Source of the DNA: Chrysomallon squamiferum
Lineage: Eukaryota; Animalia; Mollusca
Assembly: GCA_012295275.1 (NCBI GenBank)
Contig: CM022676.1
Coordinates: 18,166,001 to 18,230,000 of the forward strand
Length of the DNA: 64,000 bases
Direction of reading: 5' to 3'
A program made the position numbers and the translations under genes. Below are positions 13,636 to 27,222 of the stretch, one piece after another. The first letter of the stretch is position 1. Every line of letters begins with the position of its first letter. The notes beneath the pieces were generated by a model. It had not been told where the DNA came from and ran no database searches. It saw only the letters and a program-made list of their open reading frames with translations.

Positions 13636-14694
13636 CACGCATACACACTGGAAAAATAAATCCTGTCTTAAACTGAAAGACGTACTGGATGATAGAGCAT
13701 GAACAAAAAATTCAGTTGAAAAGCAGTTTACATTCTATTTGTTTGTCGATGCTAAACACACTTGACCCTGATTAGTCACGTTTTGAATACAGGCAGTTAC
13801 AAGTGTGTCAGAAAATTAATTCAGGTCCAGACCAAAAGTAGAAAACTAAACATCTAAATGTAATAAAATAAAATAACAACAGTAATTAACAGATATATTA
13901 TTATTAGTAGTAATATCATACATTTGGTGATAATGATAATAGTAGTAATAGTAGTAGTGGTTGTAGTAGTAGTAGTAGTAGTATTAGTAGTAGTAGAAGT
14001 AGTAGTAAGAGTAGATGTTGTTCTACTACAATATTTTTATCTTTTTAAAATTATATAAATGTCGGAAGATAATATAGAAACACATATTAGCAGATGATGT
14101 TTATGCAGTTAAGATCGACAACTATATTTATGATTATTATCAAACATGTCATTTCATTATTAAAAATTAAGAATTAGAGATGTATGTACACACACACACA
14201 CACAGTACACACAAACACACACACAATAGTAGCGCACCGCCTCTATAATTTAACGCAGGTACGGACCTGATACTGATAAGAAACATTTTCCTCTTCTGGC
14301 AGAACGACAACAGTCAGCTGATCGCATGATTCAGAAAGACCGCGTGACGGACACAGATAAAATGCTTCGTCATCAGAAATAAATCCGGTTTAATTTAATT
14401 CTGAAAGACTGGGAATTGAGTGTTATACTGGGTACAGTGCAACGACATAATTGACTCATTTAATATAATTTAAATATCAAATTTAAAAAATGATAATAAA
14501 AGAAGAAGAAAATATACCTTACAATTTAGTCGTCCTGTGAAGACTAAATTGAATCAGAGATATGTTGTTCTATGTTAATTCAGCTGTTAACAAAATGTAA
14601 GTTGCACAAAAAAGACAATCTAAACAGAAGATCAGATTTTGTAAACTTTATAATAATAAGTTTCTGTCTTCGTTGTGATTATTACTGTAATGTT

Positions 14695-14756
<62 letters not shown>

Positions 14757-17249
14757 TTTAGAGAAAATCAAGAACAGCAATTGAAAACAATTGACTGCAC
14801 TAAAAAGTACACATTAATTCCATTTAGTTCGTAACACAACTGTATATACAAATAAGTAAATGAAATGATATATATACAAACTTGCAAACATAGCACTATC
14901 ATATTATAAATATTCTCTGCAAACTGTTTATTTGTTTATTTATCTATTTTGTTTTATTTATAAAATAAAATAAAAATAAACTCTCTTTAACTGCATTACG
15001 AACTTGCTAAATTTAACCTTGTGACGTGACGCTTTATTTGAGAAGGAAAACGACAATTCTACTGTAAACTGGTGGGAGATAGAACTAATACAGTAACTGA
15101 AGTCAGCTGTAATAAACTCTATGACTGCTGCAAGGTTATTTCTCAAACCACTATTCATGATTCAACTCATAAGTGAACAAAAAGAAACATGACCTTCAGC
15201 GAAGTAATGAATTTACTAATGATAATTATAAAGTCACGTTTCAAAAATCTCATAATCAACAAATGAAATTGCAACTGAATGAGAAATTAACACATTTGTA
15301 ATCTGCTGTTAAACGGCTTCATTTATTATGTTTAAGGACTTACATTTAATAGAAGAAAAGAAATTCTGTCTAGTAATTTGACAGATAGTCTCTTTTTGAT
15401 AATTACAACCACGTACGGCCTGTGATAAAGTAATCGTGGAACTGACTTTGACAAGGATAAATGTGACAACCCATCGCCAGACACTACTTTCCTCTGACCA
15501 CTGAGCCACACCCTCCACTCTAACAATTATTAAAACACACACAAATTATATACAGACATTTTACTAAGAACACAACCTAAATTACTAAATTTTATTTTGA
15601 AATATCTTACAGCAACAACAAAACAACAACAACAAATAATAATAACAACAAAAACAACAACAACAACAATAATAATAATAATAATAATAAATAAATAAAT
15701 AAATAAATAAATATTTTTGTAAATAAATAAATATATAAATAATAAGTGTTCATACATTTGTCTTAAGAAACGAGAAATATAACAGATGCAAAAATATTTC
15801 CTCTTATTCGTCTGCAATGCCTGTTTTGCTATTACAGTTTTGAGCGCGGAAAAGCGGGTTTTGACAGACGACACTAAGTGGGAGGAAGATACCAACTGAA
15901 AAAAGGAAGGGGTTGAAGCTTGAAATTTTCTACAACATTTTTGTTTCTTCTGAGAAAAAAATAATTTTGAATGTTTTATAGTTTTGTGGTAAAGTAAATA
16001 GCAGTAACAGTAATAACTACATTAGCATAGTAAGTGCAGTTCATTAATTTTTAAAGCTCTGTTTACAGTTTATCACACCTGTAGTATCAATGGACACAAC
16101 AAATGATTTGCAAAAGGACGGAGAAAGGTAATATATTTAACCGCCAAAATGTTATCTGCTTTAAATTTGAATATTGAACTGGAGGTATGAGGTCATTTCG
16201 TTAGAGATATAAGTAAATTATAGGAATTGAAAACAGAAATATTTATAACGTGAAAGTATGATTTTAGTCACCTGCACACAGTAGTAATAAAATAATAATA
16301 ATAATATATATTCCTTTATTATATATGTTTCATTTTATTCTATTTAAAATAAATAAACAAATAAATAAATAAATATATGAGAACTGCGTCGCTGAATAAA
16401 ACCGTCACAATTTTGTTCTTCGTGTCATAAGTGAAGCGCGCTCTACAGGTTTGTTGTAGATCAGAGAAAGATAATGTTTTTAATGTCATCATTTTTAAAC
16501 TTGTATAGTTACACACAGGCGATTGTCGATCCTTTTAACAAGATATATAAATAATGAAAAATAAGCAGGGCAAATACATAACTTGTGCTTTTAGTCACGT
16601 AGGCATAATAATAATAAAAATAATGGTAATAATAATAGTAGTTCCCTGTGTATATTAGATGCCTTCGTTTCGTACTGTTAATATATATACATAAAAGATT
16701 TATTCAAGAGTACTATAAAGAACACATTCCACACAAAAGGATGATGAAGAGATGATCGTTTCTATGAGATAAAGAAATAAAGTACATTAAAATTAAACAA
16801 ATACATCAGAAAACCTACACCTACTCTGTCACGTTTCTTCATATTTTATGGCAGTGTTAAACGAGTTTCGCCATCTAACGTATTATGATATGAATTTAAT
16901 CCTCTTTTTTTCAAATCTAATAATCGACAGTAAGTACAAATGTCAACATTTGTGAATGTAATTTATGAAATGATACTTTCTCGCAATCTAACAAATGATA
17001 ATATAAAAAATAAAATATTTACTGACCGCTCAGTCTATTCAAACACTAACGTAAAAATAGTAAAAATATACAGAGACCCTTTTCATCTATGAAAAAGAAA
17101 CAAAGAAAGTAAGAAACATTTTTACATAGACGTGTGTGAATGTGTGTGTGTTGTGTGTGTGTGTGTGTGTCTCTGTGTGAGAGAGAGGGACAGAGAGATC
17201 TCAGTGAGTAAAAGCTATTATTTATTCATTCATTATTATTATTATTATT

Positions 17250-17321
<72 letters not shown>

Positions 17322-17405
17322 AAACTTTCTGGAATCGGGTCTTTGTTAGATATCATTAACCGCTACGAATAAAATACTCGACGCACACAAACACAACACA
17401 AACAC

Positions 17406-17456
<51 letters not shown>

Positions 17457-18504
17457 ACTGGATAAATAAATCCTGTCTTAAACTGAAAGACGTATTGGAT
17501 GATAGAGCATGAAAAAAAAATTCAGTTGAAAAGCAGTTTACATTCTATTTGTTTGTCGATGCTAAACACACTTGACCCTGATTAGTCACGTTTTGAATAC
17601 AGGCAGTTACAAGTGTGTCAGAAAATTAATTCAGGTCCAGACCAAAAGTAGAAAACTAAACATCTAAATGTAATAAAATAAAATAACAACAGTAATTAAC
17701 AGATATATTATTATTAGTAGTAATATCATACATTTGGTGATAATGATAATAGTAGTAATAGCAGTAGTGGTTGTAGTAGTAGTAGTAGTAGTACTAGTAG
17801 TAGTAATAGTAGATGTTGTTCTACTACAATATTTTTATCTTTTTAAAATTATATAAATGTCGGAAGATAATATAGAAACACATATTAGCAGATGATGTTT
17901 ATACAGTTAAGATCGACAACTATGTTTATGGTTATTATCAAACATGTATTCTGAATGTCATTTCATTATAAAAATAAAGAATTACAGATGTATGTACACA
18001 CACACACACACAGTACACACAAACACACAGACAATAGTAGCGCACCGCATCTATAATTTAACGCAGGTACGGACCTGATACTGATATGAAACATTTTCCT
18101 CTTCTGGCAGAACGACAACAGTCAGCTGATCGCGTGATTCAGAAAGACCGCGTGACGGACACAGATAAAATGCTTCGTCATCATAAATAAATCCGGTTTA
18201 ATTTAATTCTGAAAGGCTGGGAATAACTGTTATACTGGGTACAATGCAACGACATAATTGCCTCATTTAATATAATTTAAATATCAAATTTAAAAATTGA
18301 TAATAAAAGAAGAAGAAAATATACCTTACAATTTAGTCGTCCTGTGAAGACTAAATTGAATCAGAGATATGTTGTTGTATGTTAATTCAGCTGTTAACAA
18401 AATGTAAGTTGCACAAAAAACACAATCCAAACAGAAGAAGATCAGATTTTGTAAACTTTATAAAAATAACTTTTTGTCTTCGTTGTGATTATTACTGTAA
18501 TGTT

Positions 18505-18542
<38 letters not shown>
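10905..18542. repeat. Recent ~3.8 kb direct tandem duplication (copy 1 ~10905-14697, copy 2 ~14697-18542)
   Basis: Near-identical sequence at an offset of ~3798-3807 bp (paired ORFs 11160/14958, 11512/15309, 14572/18379). All three junctions are (AAT)n tracts. Confidence 0.95.
11520..11720 (-). mobile_element. Degenerate tRNA-derived SINE (duplicate at ~15317-15517)
   Basis: Minus strand begins gtggctcagtggtcagag (A box). The body is loosely similar to the 54.7 kb copy. Confidence 0.45.
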
Positions 18543-18543
<1 letters not shown>

Positions 18544-19305
18544 TGTTATTATTATTGTTGTTGTTGTTGTTGTTGTTGTTACTGTTGTTGTCACCGACTA
18601 GGACCTGTTTAGAACTCTATCACAGGGACCAGTAAATTAAAGCTAATTATCATGTTGGAATAATACTACACTTATCCACTAGATAAATAAACAAATAACG
18701 CTTTAAGTTTATTAATTTAACAGATAAAGAAGTTATATATATATATATATAAAACAAATACGCTTTTAATAACAGAGATTACACTGCAAAAGTCAGAAAA
18801 GTATTTCACCACATCCCGCTATCAAACGCTTATCGCATTTTACAAAGCAAGGTCAAAGTTTAAAGGTCCTCGCCAGTGACCTCCTTGTTCATCAAAAGGA
18901 AACGCTGGGCCGTGCAGAATATCCGCTTGTCGCTTATTCTTCCTCAGACTCGAGTTTTCCTTGCTGACGTCATATGTTAGATTCCCGCAGACGTCAGTGA
19001 AAAGAGCGAGAGAAGTCAGCCCATGCTGACACATTTTAAAACTTTCTTACACAAAACTCGCACAGCTAAATATCTTTACTCTAAAATTTATAAACTAACT
19101 TTAAGAGTCCGTCATCGGCTTTTTTCTCCGTGAGAAGAGTATTATAGATGGTTAAAGAGAAAATTACTTATTTACATATGTTGGTAGTTTATTTGCTTAC
19201 TATAACTACTAAAGCGTGTGTGTGTGTTGTGTGTGTACATTTTTATTTTATATAACGAGTATTACGTAACTGAAATTATCTATAGCTAGTATATAGAAGA
19301 AAAAT

Positions 19306-19364
<59 letters not shown>

Positions 19365-19838
19365 GCTGCATAATATTGGTACAAAATACGTTTAGTAATG
19401 TAGATTTGCGTTGGTTTACCCTTAAAAAAAGATGGGATCGAAAGAATAAATTCAGTGTGAACTGATATCATACCTTTTCTAGAAACAGATAAATAAATAT
19501 GAAATTATGATTTTTTAAATTTTAAATCTAACACTAACTTAAGTTGTAAAAATAGTATACAGTATATGTTTTCATACACATTTATTGAATTAAAATTAAG
19601 AAGTTCCCTTTGCCTATATAATAAAATGAGTACTGAAATTAAGAACTATAATAACTTTATTTGTAAGCTTTCCTTAACCAGTCCTTATCCTGCCTTTTTA
19701 TTAGTGTTTAATTTAACTGACAGAAAATTATTTGGAAAGATAATATCTTAGATGTCTCTGTCTCTCTAATCAACGATTTTCAACAAACACACACACACCA
19801 ACACACACACACACACATATATATATATATGTATGTAT

Positions 19839-19878
<40 letters not shown>

Positions 19879-22175
19879 ATATATATATATATATGTATGT
19901 ATATATATATGTGTGTGTATATATATATATATATATATCCTTCATTGTCATTTTGTAAAAAATACGATCTGCTGCCCTGACTTGATTCTCAGACAAGACT
20001 GACATTTGGTGAAATGTCTGTAATAACAGCTAAACACAGAATTTGTTATTCATTCTTCCCATCCACTTTATCATTAAAAATGAAAATTAATAAAAACATA
20101 TATATATTTTTAAAATGACAAATTAATATTAATATGTATGTGTACATTTGTAGAGAAATAAATATTTATAACCATCTATCATACATTTTTTAATATAATT
20201 ACCCATCATAGGAACACCAAATAAAAAAATAAAAAAACACACCAAAAAACCCTTGTATAAGAACTGTCAGCAATACGACTTGAATCACTTTAGTTATTTT
20301 GTGTAATATGTGTAAAGACTGGTTCCACGGATTGACTGTAGCATAGAGTCAGACAGACAGACAGACAGACTGATATGAATAAACAGACATACAGACATAT
20401 ATGAATAAACAGACAGATAGACATATATGAATAAACAGATAGATATACAGATATGCATAAACAGACAGAGAGACAAACATACAGATAGACAGACAGATAT
20501 GAATAAACAGCGATAGATATTAATAAACTGACAGAGGTTAACTGATTTATATATTATAAAAGAATCTTAATGATATACATTTGTTTTCAAAATGGCAAAT
20601 TAATATTAATATCTACGTGTACATTTGCAGGGAAATCCGTAAAAAGGATCTTTGTTAAACATAAACCAGGTATAGAATACTGAAATCAGTCCAGACCTGT
20701 TTTCCTAACTCAGTCATAATATTAAAACATGCTTATATCTGTCTATCGGTGTTATTTGTATCACTATCTCCACATTTTCATCTATTACTTCTACAATTAT
20801 TTCAAAACTATGTAGATAAAAATATTCTTCACTCTTAGGAAATTGTTTCCCAAGCTGATGAAAATGTTAACTAAAAACATAGTAAACAACAAAAACACAA
20901 TAATCCTAAATTAGAAATTTGAAAGAAAAAAAACATGGTATAAAATGTTTGATAAGCCTTTGCAGAGCTGAGAGTGCTATAAAGTACAAACATACCAAGA
21001 TTTATGTTGTGTTAATAAAAGTATATTAACAAAATAAAATAACAATATGAAAGCATTTGGTTACAAAACAATTTAAATATTAAGAAACAACTTAACAGAT
21101 AATGTGATCTGCATATTATTCATTCAGAAAATTTCTTAATAATAAAGCTTACAAACAACATATCATCTTCCACTTTATGTTTTATTGACATAACTTGTTT
21201 TCTTCATTTTAATCTTTAACAGAAATCTTCATATTCTTTGTTATTTTATATTTGGATTACGTGATTAAGTTAATTATTTTTTAAAATAAAAATAAATAAA
21301 TCAAACAAATAAATAAATTAATAACATTATCTCCCTTGAACCATAAGATTTGCAGCAGTTAAAGGTTTCTAGATTTAGCAATTTTTTAAGAATATTTTCT
21401 TTTTTCACAGACTTGACTGTACTTGGTGCTGTGTCTGGTACAAACATTCTGTGTACTGGTCTACATTTGATTATATCTGTCATAAACAACAGGGTGACTT
21501 TGAATTTAAATTCAGTATCACAATGTTATAGATTCTTCAATAAGATGAGTCCATGATTCACACAAGTAATGTTTTTAATATGTTATTTTGGTGTGAAACT
21601 TGCTAAAAGCTTTCAATTTTATCCAAGAATTCAGTTCTTAATATTTGTTCTTGAGATGTTTCATTTCTTAGTTCAGGTTGATCAGGAAACTTGAAGAACT
21701 TGGAGGTAAACTTGAAAAGTCATTTACAATCAGAGGATTTCATTTCTCACGTGTTTTCTTTCATTCTCAAACCAAGCACATGATAAAAGAACCTGAAGAA
21801 AATTAAAAAAGAGTAAAACTTGTGATTAAAATAAAATAATATTCAGAGTTGTATGAACAATATTAATGTGGATTATACAATTTAACATGTGAAATAAAGG
21901 TTAGGTATGATTCAAATGGATTGTGACTGAATTATTTGACATTTTTCTGGTCAGCATGTCTGTAAAGAAATAAAAAAAATAAAAATGTATCATTAATAAT
22001 CCTTTCATTCACTGGAAACAAAAGCAAATAATTGTTTAAATGTTAGCTAAAGTATTGACAGAGGACATCTGACTTTAACACAAGTTTGAACAAACTAAGT
22101 TTGAAGTATGGATCAAATAATTTTACTATGTAGGATTCACATTTTTCACATTAATGCACTAAGTTAACATTTAAA

Positions 22176-22523
22176 ATGTTAACATGACTGTATGTGTGTA
22201 TTTCAGTTACTGAATCTAAATGTTAACATACTGTATGTGTGTATTTCAGTTACTAAATCTAAATGTTAACATGACTATGTGTGTATTTTAGTTACTAAAT
22301 CTAAATGTTATACATGACTGTGTGTGTATTTCAGTTACTAAATCTAAATGTTAACATGACTGTATGTGTGTATTTCAGTTACTAAATCTAAATGTTAACA
22401 TACTGTATGTGTGTATTTCAGTTACTAAATCTAAATGTTAACATGACTATGTGTGTATTTCAGTTACTGAATCTAAATGTTAACATACTGTATGTGTGTA
22501 TTTCAGTTACTAAATCTAAATGT
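22176..22523. repeat. Minisatellite, ~42-44 bp unit, about 8 copies
   Basis: Unit atgttaacatgactgtatgtgtgtatttcagttactaaatctaa, contiguous with no spacers. Confidence 0.95.
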
Positions 22524-25500
22524 AAGCTCTGTCTAACAAATTCACTCACTTTCTAATCAATGGCTGACTTCTCACATCTGACTGGATGTTTCACAGAAAA
22601 TTCTTTCTCTGTTTTTGTTGTCAGCTCAGAGTAGTAGACTGTCTCCTGGGCTGATCTGACACTGGATTCTGGAAAACACACAAATTATTTATATTAATGA
22701 CCCTGAAAGAATTTATATAAAAAATAAAATAAGACAGAAAACTTCATTTTAAATAAAAAATAAAAATGATAATACTAATATAATATAAAAATTAATTATG
22801 AAGAAACAGCAAACAAATCATATCTGAAAACAATAATAAAAAATAACTATCTGCATATCTATTTATTTATATATCTATAGTTAAAGCAAAAAATATATAT
22901 GTATGAAATAAACAATTTTAAGAAAGTGAAAACAACTGTCTTTTAATCTTAATGTCTCACCTGAATTTATGTTCATATCATGTTCATCTTTTCACACTCA
23001 GTGCTTGAAAAACCCACATGTAATGAATTGTCAATTAATTCTGTTGTGTTAATGAAAACAGCTGAGAATGTAAACCTGTTTTAATGTGATCAGAGAATTC
23101 ATGAACTTTTTTCTCCAGCACTGCTTCAGTACAGTCAATCTTCAGTAATAACACTGAAAAACAGAAACAGAATTTTAAACATTTTTTTCAAATAAATTCC
23201 ATTTAATTTAAACAAATATTAATAAGTATAACAACAACAACAACAAAAATAATAAATCAAAAACATTATATATATATAAAATAAAATAAATAAAAATTAT
23301 TTTAAAGACCAAAAGCCAACAAAATATATAAATAAATAGAAAATGTATATAAAAAATAAATTCATGTGAAAACTCTGAGGTGTCTGTAGTCATGTGTACT
23401 GTTAATCTATAAAAAAAAAAGCAAATGAGTAGCTTATCTGTCAGCTGTGTTCTGTATCATTATCATATTAAAACTGTGAGGAAAAATATTACCACTGACA
23501 ACTGCAGCTGCTGAACTCTGTTTGTGGACTTGCATATGCTAGAAGCAACCCACCAGAACACAGCAACATCTCTGGGGATGGATTCAAGCTGGGTTCTGTC
23601 TGTGATTGGAATTTAGAGCTGACATCAAATCAAACATTCCTGAAACAGAATTGAACATAGTTTCAATAACTCCATTATCAACCAGCTCCTTTCAAGAATC
23701 CCTGTGGTAAATAAAAATAATTTTGATTAAATTTCATTATTAACTGTTTTGAACTCTACAACTAAAACTTAAAAAAATGGTGTTTAATAAATTAAAAAGA
23801 AATTAAAAATAAATAATAAAAAGATATTAAACGTTAATAAACAGTTTTTTCACCAGAATAAATATTGTTTTCCTACACTGTGTTAAATCTAACACCTTAA
23901 TCCTCAGAAGAATAATTAAATCAACATAAAACAAATAAAACAGTAAATATAAATAATAAATAATTATTTTATTTATTTGTTTATATTTTTTAATTTGTAC
24001 TGTAATGTAGTTTGATATTAGGTGTAAAATAACTGAAGATATGAAACTTTTTATAGAATATATATAAATGAAAAGTTCAAGACTAATCTGTTAGTATATT
24101 AAGAAAGAAAACTATGATTAGTAAAGAAACAATGCACACATTTTTTTATTTAAACACTAACAACTTTAACTAGGTGGTTCTTCATCTTACACTACTGTTA
24201 CCACAATATTCTTTGTGTGACCAATATGCTGAATCTTCCTTCACAGAGCTTGGGCACTGCTGAAAAAACATCTCCTTGAACTCTTTCACTGCTGCACTGG
24301 AGACAGCTGCACTGAAGTCAGTCTAGATAGTCTGTGGCTTCAGGCTTCAAGAGTTGAAAAACTGAGACATACATAGCTTGAGTCTTGTTTGGAAGCAACA
24401 TGTAAACAAGAGGGTATGTGATGTCCTGGAATTCTGCATGAAGATTGTAAAACCAGTGTTTCATATCACACTCTTAAAACCTGCTGCAATGAGACCTGAT
24501 GAATTGTCTCCCTTTTTTCTTAGTTCACCTGAGAGTACTGGTCACCATGGAGCCTGTACCTGTCAGATATAGAACTGCTACCTGTACAAGATATTCATAA
24601 TTTACAATTTATTAATTTCATAAAAAAAGAGAAAATAAAAGGAAAGAAAAAAACAATAAATGAATAAAGAAGAAAAAAGAGCAATGATAGTAAAAACAAG
24701 AAGAAATATTATGCTAGTATTAATGTTTGATAGTTTCTTTGATTTTGCTTTTGGAGAAAAATACTGCATCAATTACCACAACAAGTTAACAAAATACTTA
24801 AATAAATGTTTCTTTGTTTAACAATATAAAACAGTTCATTCAATGAAGAGAATTAAAATATTAAGTATAATAGCAAATTCAGTAATAATATGGAAATATT
24901 TTTATAGGCAAATGGATTTGTTTCTCTAACATGAAATTATTTATATTCTTGGATTAAAGTGGAAAGGTTTCTAGGTTGCGTTGTGTTGTTTTCCCTTTGT
25001 AAGTTTATGATGCTAACTTAAGTTAGAAAATGTTTATATATGTGCAATTTACTCTTCAATTTTAATGTCAACGAAGGGTATTAATTATCATTGAATATTA
25101 AATAAAGACAATACAAAAATAATCTAGCTTTAATTATAAAACAAGAGCTCACATAGATACAAGTTAACTATTTAACTTTCATTTTTCTTATAAATGTAAT
25201 AAAAAGTAAGTGTAAATTAAAATATTCAATATTCAATAACAGAGTGACACGGAAAGATTAAATATAAAAACTATTGTAAGACTGACATCTGCACAGAGGA
25301 CAAAGTGACCCAGGTTTATGACAACAACACTAATGAGACTGAATAAACCATCAGTTCATTTTACTGATATATTTGAGAAAAACAGAATCATTCTTGTGCA
25401 TGTACTACTTCTTTGCTGACATCTACATGTTGGAAGATCAACTAGGAGTGGCTGTTATCTCTCAACTCACAGACTTCACCTGTAGTAACACCAGTGACAC

Positions 25501-26079
25501 AAATAAATAAAATAATACAGTGCATCAGAAAAACACTTTTGTATTATTTTTACACATACTTGACATGAGACAGTAACATCAAGGACATTTCAGTATTGTT
25601 GCCTTATAAAATACCCCACTTGTTAGGAATGGTTCTGTTTATAAAACAGTTGATCCATAAATCATTTAAGAAATTCTTCAATTCTAATTACATAAGACAG
25701 GAAAGTAATATTTAAACAAAAGCAATTAACTTCAGTTTTGCAGTTTCTTCTCAAGTTCAATTGTTTTGTGACAGGGCTTCTATTGTCTCTCATACTAAAA
25801 AAACAAAGAAAAAAACAATTAAAATATGGAAAAAATAACCATTTTATATAATATTTTATTTGTATCACATATACATTTATAAACAATTTATAATGTTATA
25901 AAAGCTCTGTACATGAATGAATGTGACTGACTGAGATTTGTTTATATTTACTTACATGTCATTTGTAAGATGTGTTTATAACACAACATTTCTATCAAAT
26001 TTGCTTTGTATTCATTTTAAACTGGGAAGTAAAGTAACGATATATGACTGCTTAACATAATCCATGCAATATTAAATCA

Positions 26080-26370
26080 GAATATGTTTATCTTAATAAA
26101 GGTTTTGGTTTCTTGGGTGATAAAGCTTTTGACATTAAAAAGGAAGTTGATGGAACAGAATTTAGATTAAATATTCCACCATTTGCAAGATGAGGATCAG
26201 AAGTGAGTGAGAAGACATTGTGTACATGTTCAAAGAGTTATCAGACTCATAAAAGTATATAAATATTAAGTGGTAAATTTTATTTGTGTGTGATGTCTTC
26301 TGTTGATCTAACATGGTATGTGTGTTCATTTTTAACACATTTTATGTCACCGTGTATTAAAAGAAAGTAA
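26080..26370 (+). mobile_element. PIF/Harbinger-ISL2EU-type DDE transposase C-terminal remnant
   Basis: Broken frames give GDKAFDIKKE...LNIPPFA...VHVQRVIRLIK...WYVCSFLTHFMSP, matching the DDE_Tnp_4 pattern ADKGF...LNIPPF...HVER.I...W.VC..L.NF..P. Confidence 0.75.
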
Positions 26371-26799
26371 ATTTACTACAACTTGAAAGCCTTACATGTG
26401 TTCAAAGTCCACTGCCTGATGGAACATTCCCAACCTGTGTGTCCACTGTGTTTTCACAGATATTGCCAGACAGAGAATATGAGATGTATACAGACTTATG
26501 CGATGATGAAGAAAAAAAAGTTTACTTACGATAATCATTATAAAAATTGAAATGAATAAAAGACTACAAAATACTTTTAGTAAATATTAAAATCTCAAAA
26601 TGATACCAGATCTGCAATAAGATATTTATTTTAGTCTACATGTGTTTGGGTGTTGTGAAGTGTATTAATTGTAAGAACTGCGGTACTGACAGGTACATGT
26701 CAGACCTGCACAGTGTAGACTACCAGCCCAGCCCAGCACAGTCTCAGTGTAACAAGAGTGAATAAACAAATTACATACAATACACCATTAGTTAGCTTC

Positions 26800-27052
26800 A
26801 CACACTGATTACTTGTTTATTTCATATATTCCTATATATATATCAGATATACTTATCTCATACACTGATTGTTTATTTCATATATTCATATATATATGAG
26901 ATATACTTATCTCATACACTCATTATCTGTTTATTTCATATATTCATATATATATGACATACTTATCTTAATAAACACATTTTTTGTTTATTACATATAT
27001 TCATATATATATCAGATATACTTACTTCGCACACTGATTACTTGTTTATTTC

Positions 27053-27088
<36 letters not shown>

Positions 27089-27105
27089 GTGAGATATACT
27101 TATCT
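26800..27105. repeat. Degenerate ~57 bp AT-rich minisatellite, about 5 copies
   Basis: cacactgattacttgtttatttcatatattc...gatatacttatct repeated. Confidence 0.85.
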
Positions 27106-27116
27106 CGTTGTACACA

Positions 27117-27222
27117 GAAACCAGATTTCCCTTGCTCACCTGTCAGCCCAGGTGAACCATTATGACCGGGATCTCCATGCTTACCTTTCTCACCTGGAAA
27201 ACCATCATCAGCAGGAGGACCA
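27117..27222 (-). pseudogene. Orphan collagen-like Gly-X-Y fragment
   Basis: Minus strand reads GPPADDGFPGEKGKHGDPGHNGSPGLTGEQGKSGF. Confidence 0.7.

Noticed and set aside
22176-22523. Possible CRISPR array
   Set aside because: Units are contiguous with no unique spacers, there are no cas genes, and the context is eukaryotic; it is a minisatellite.
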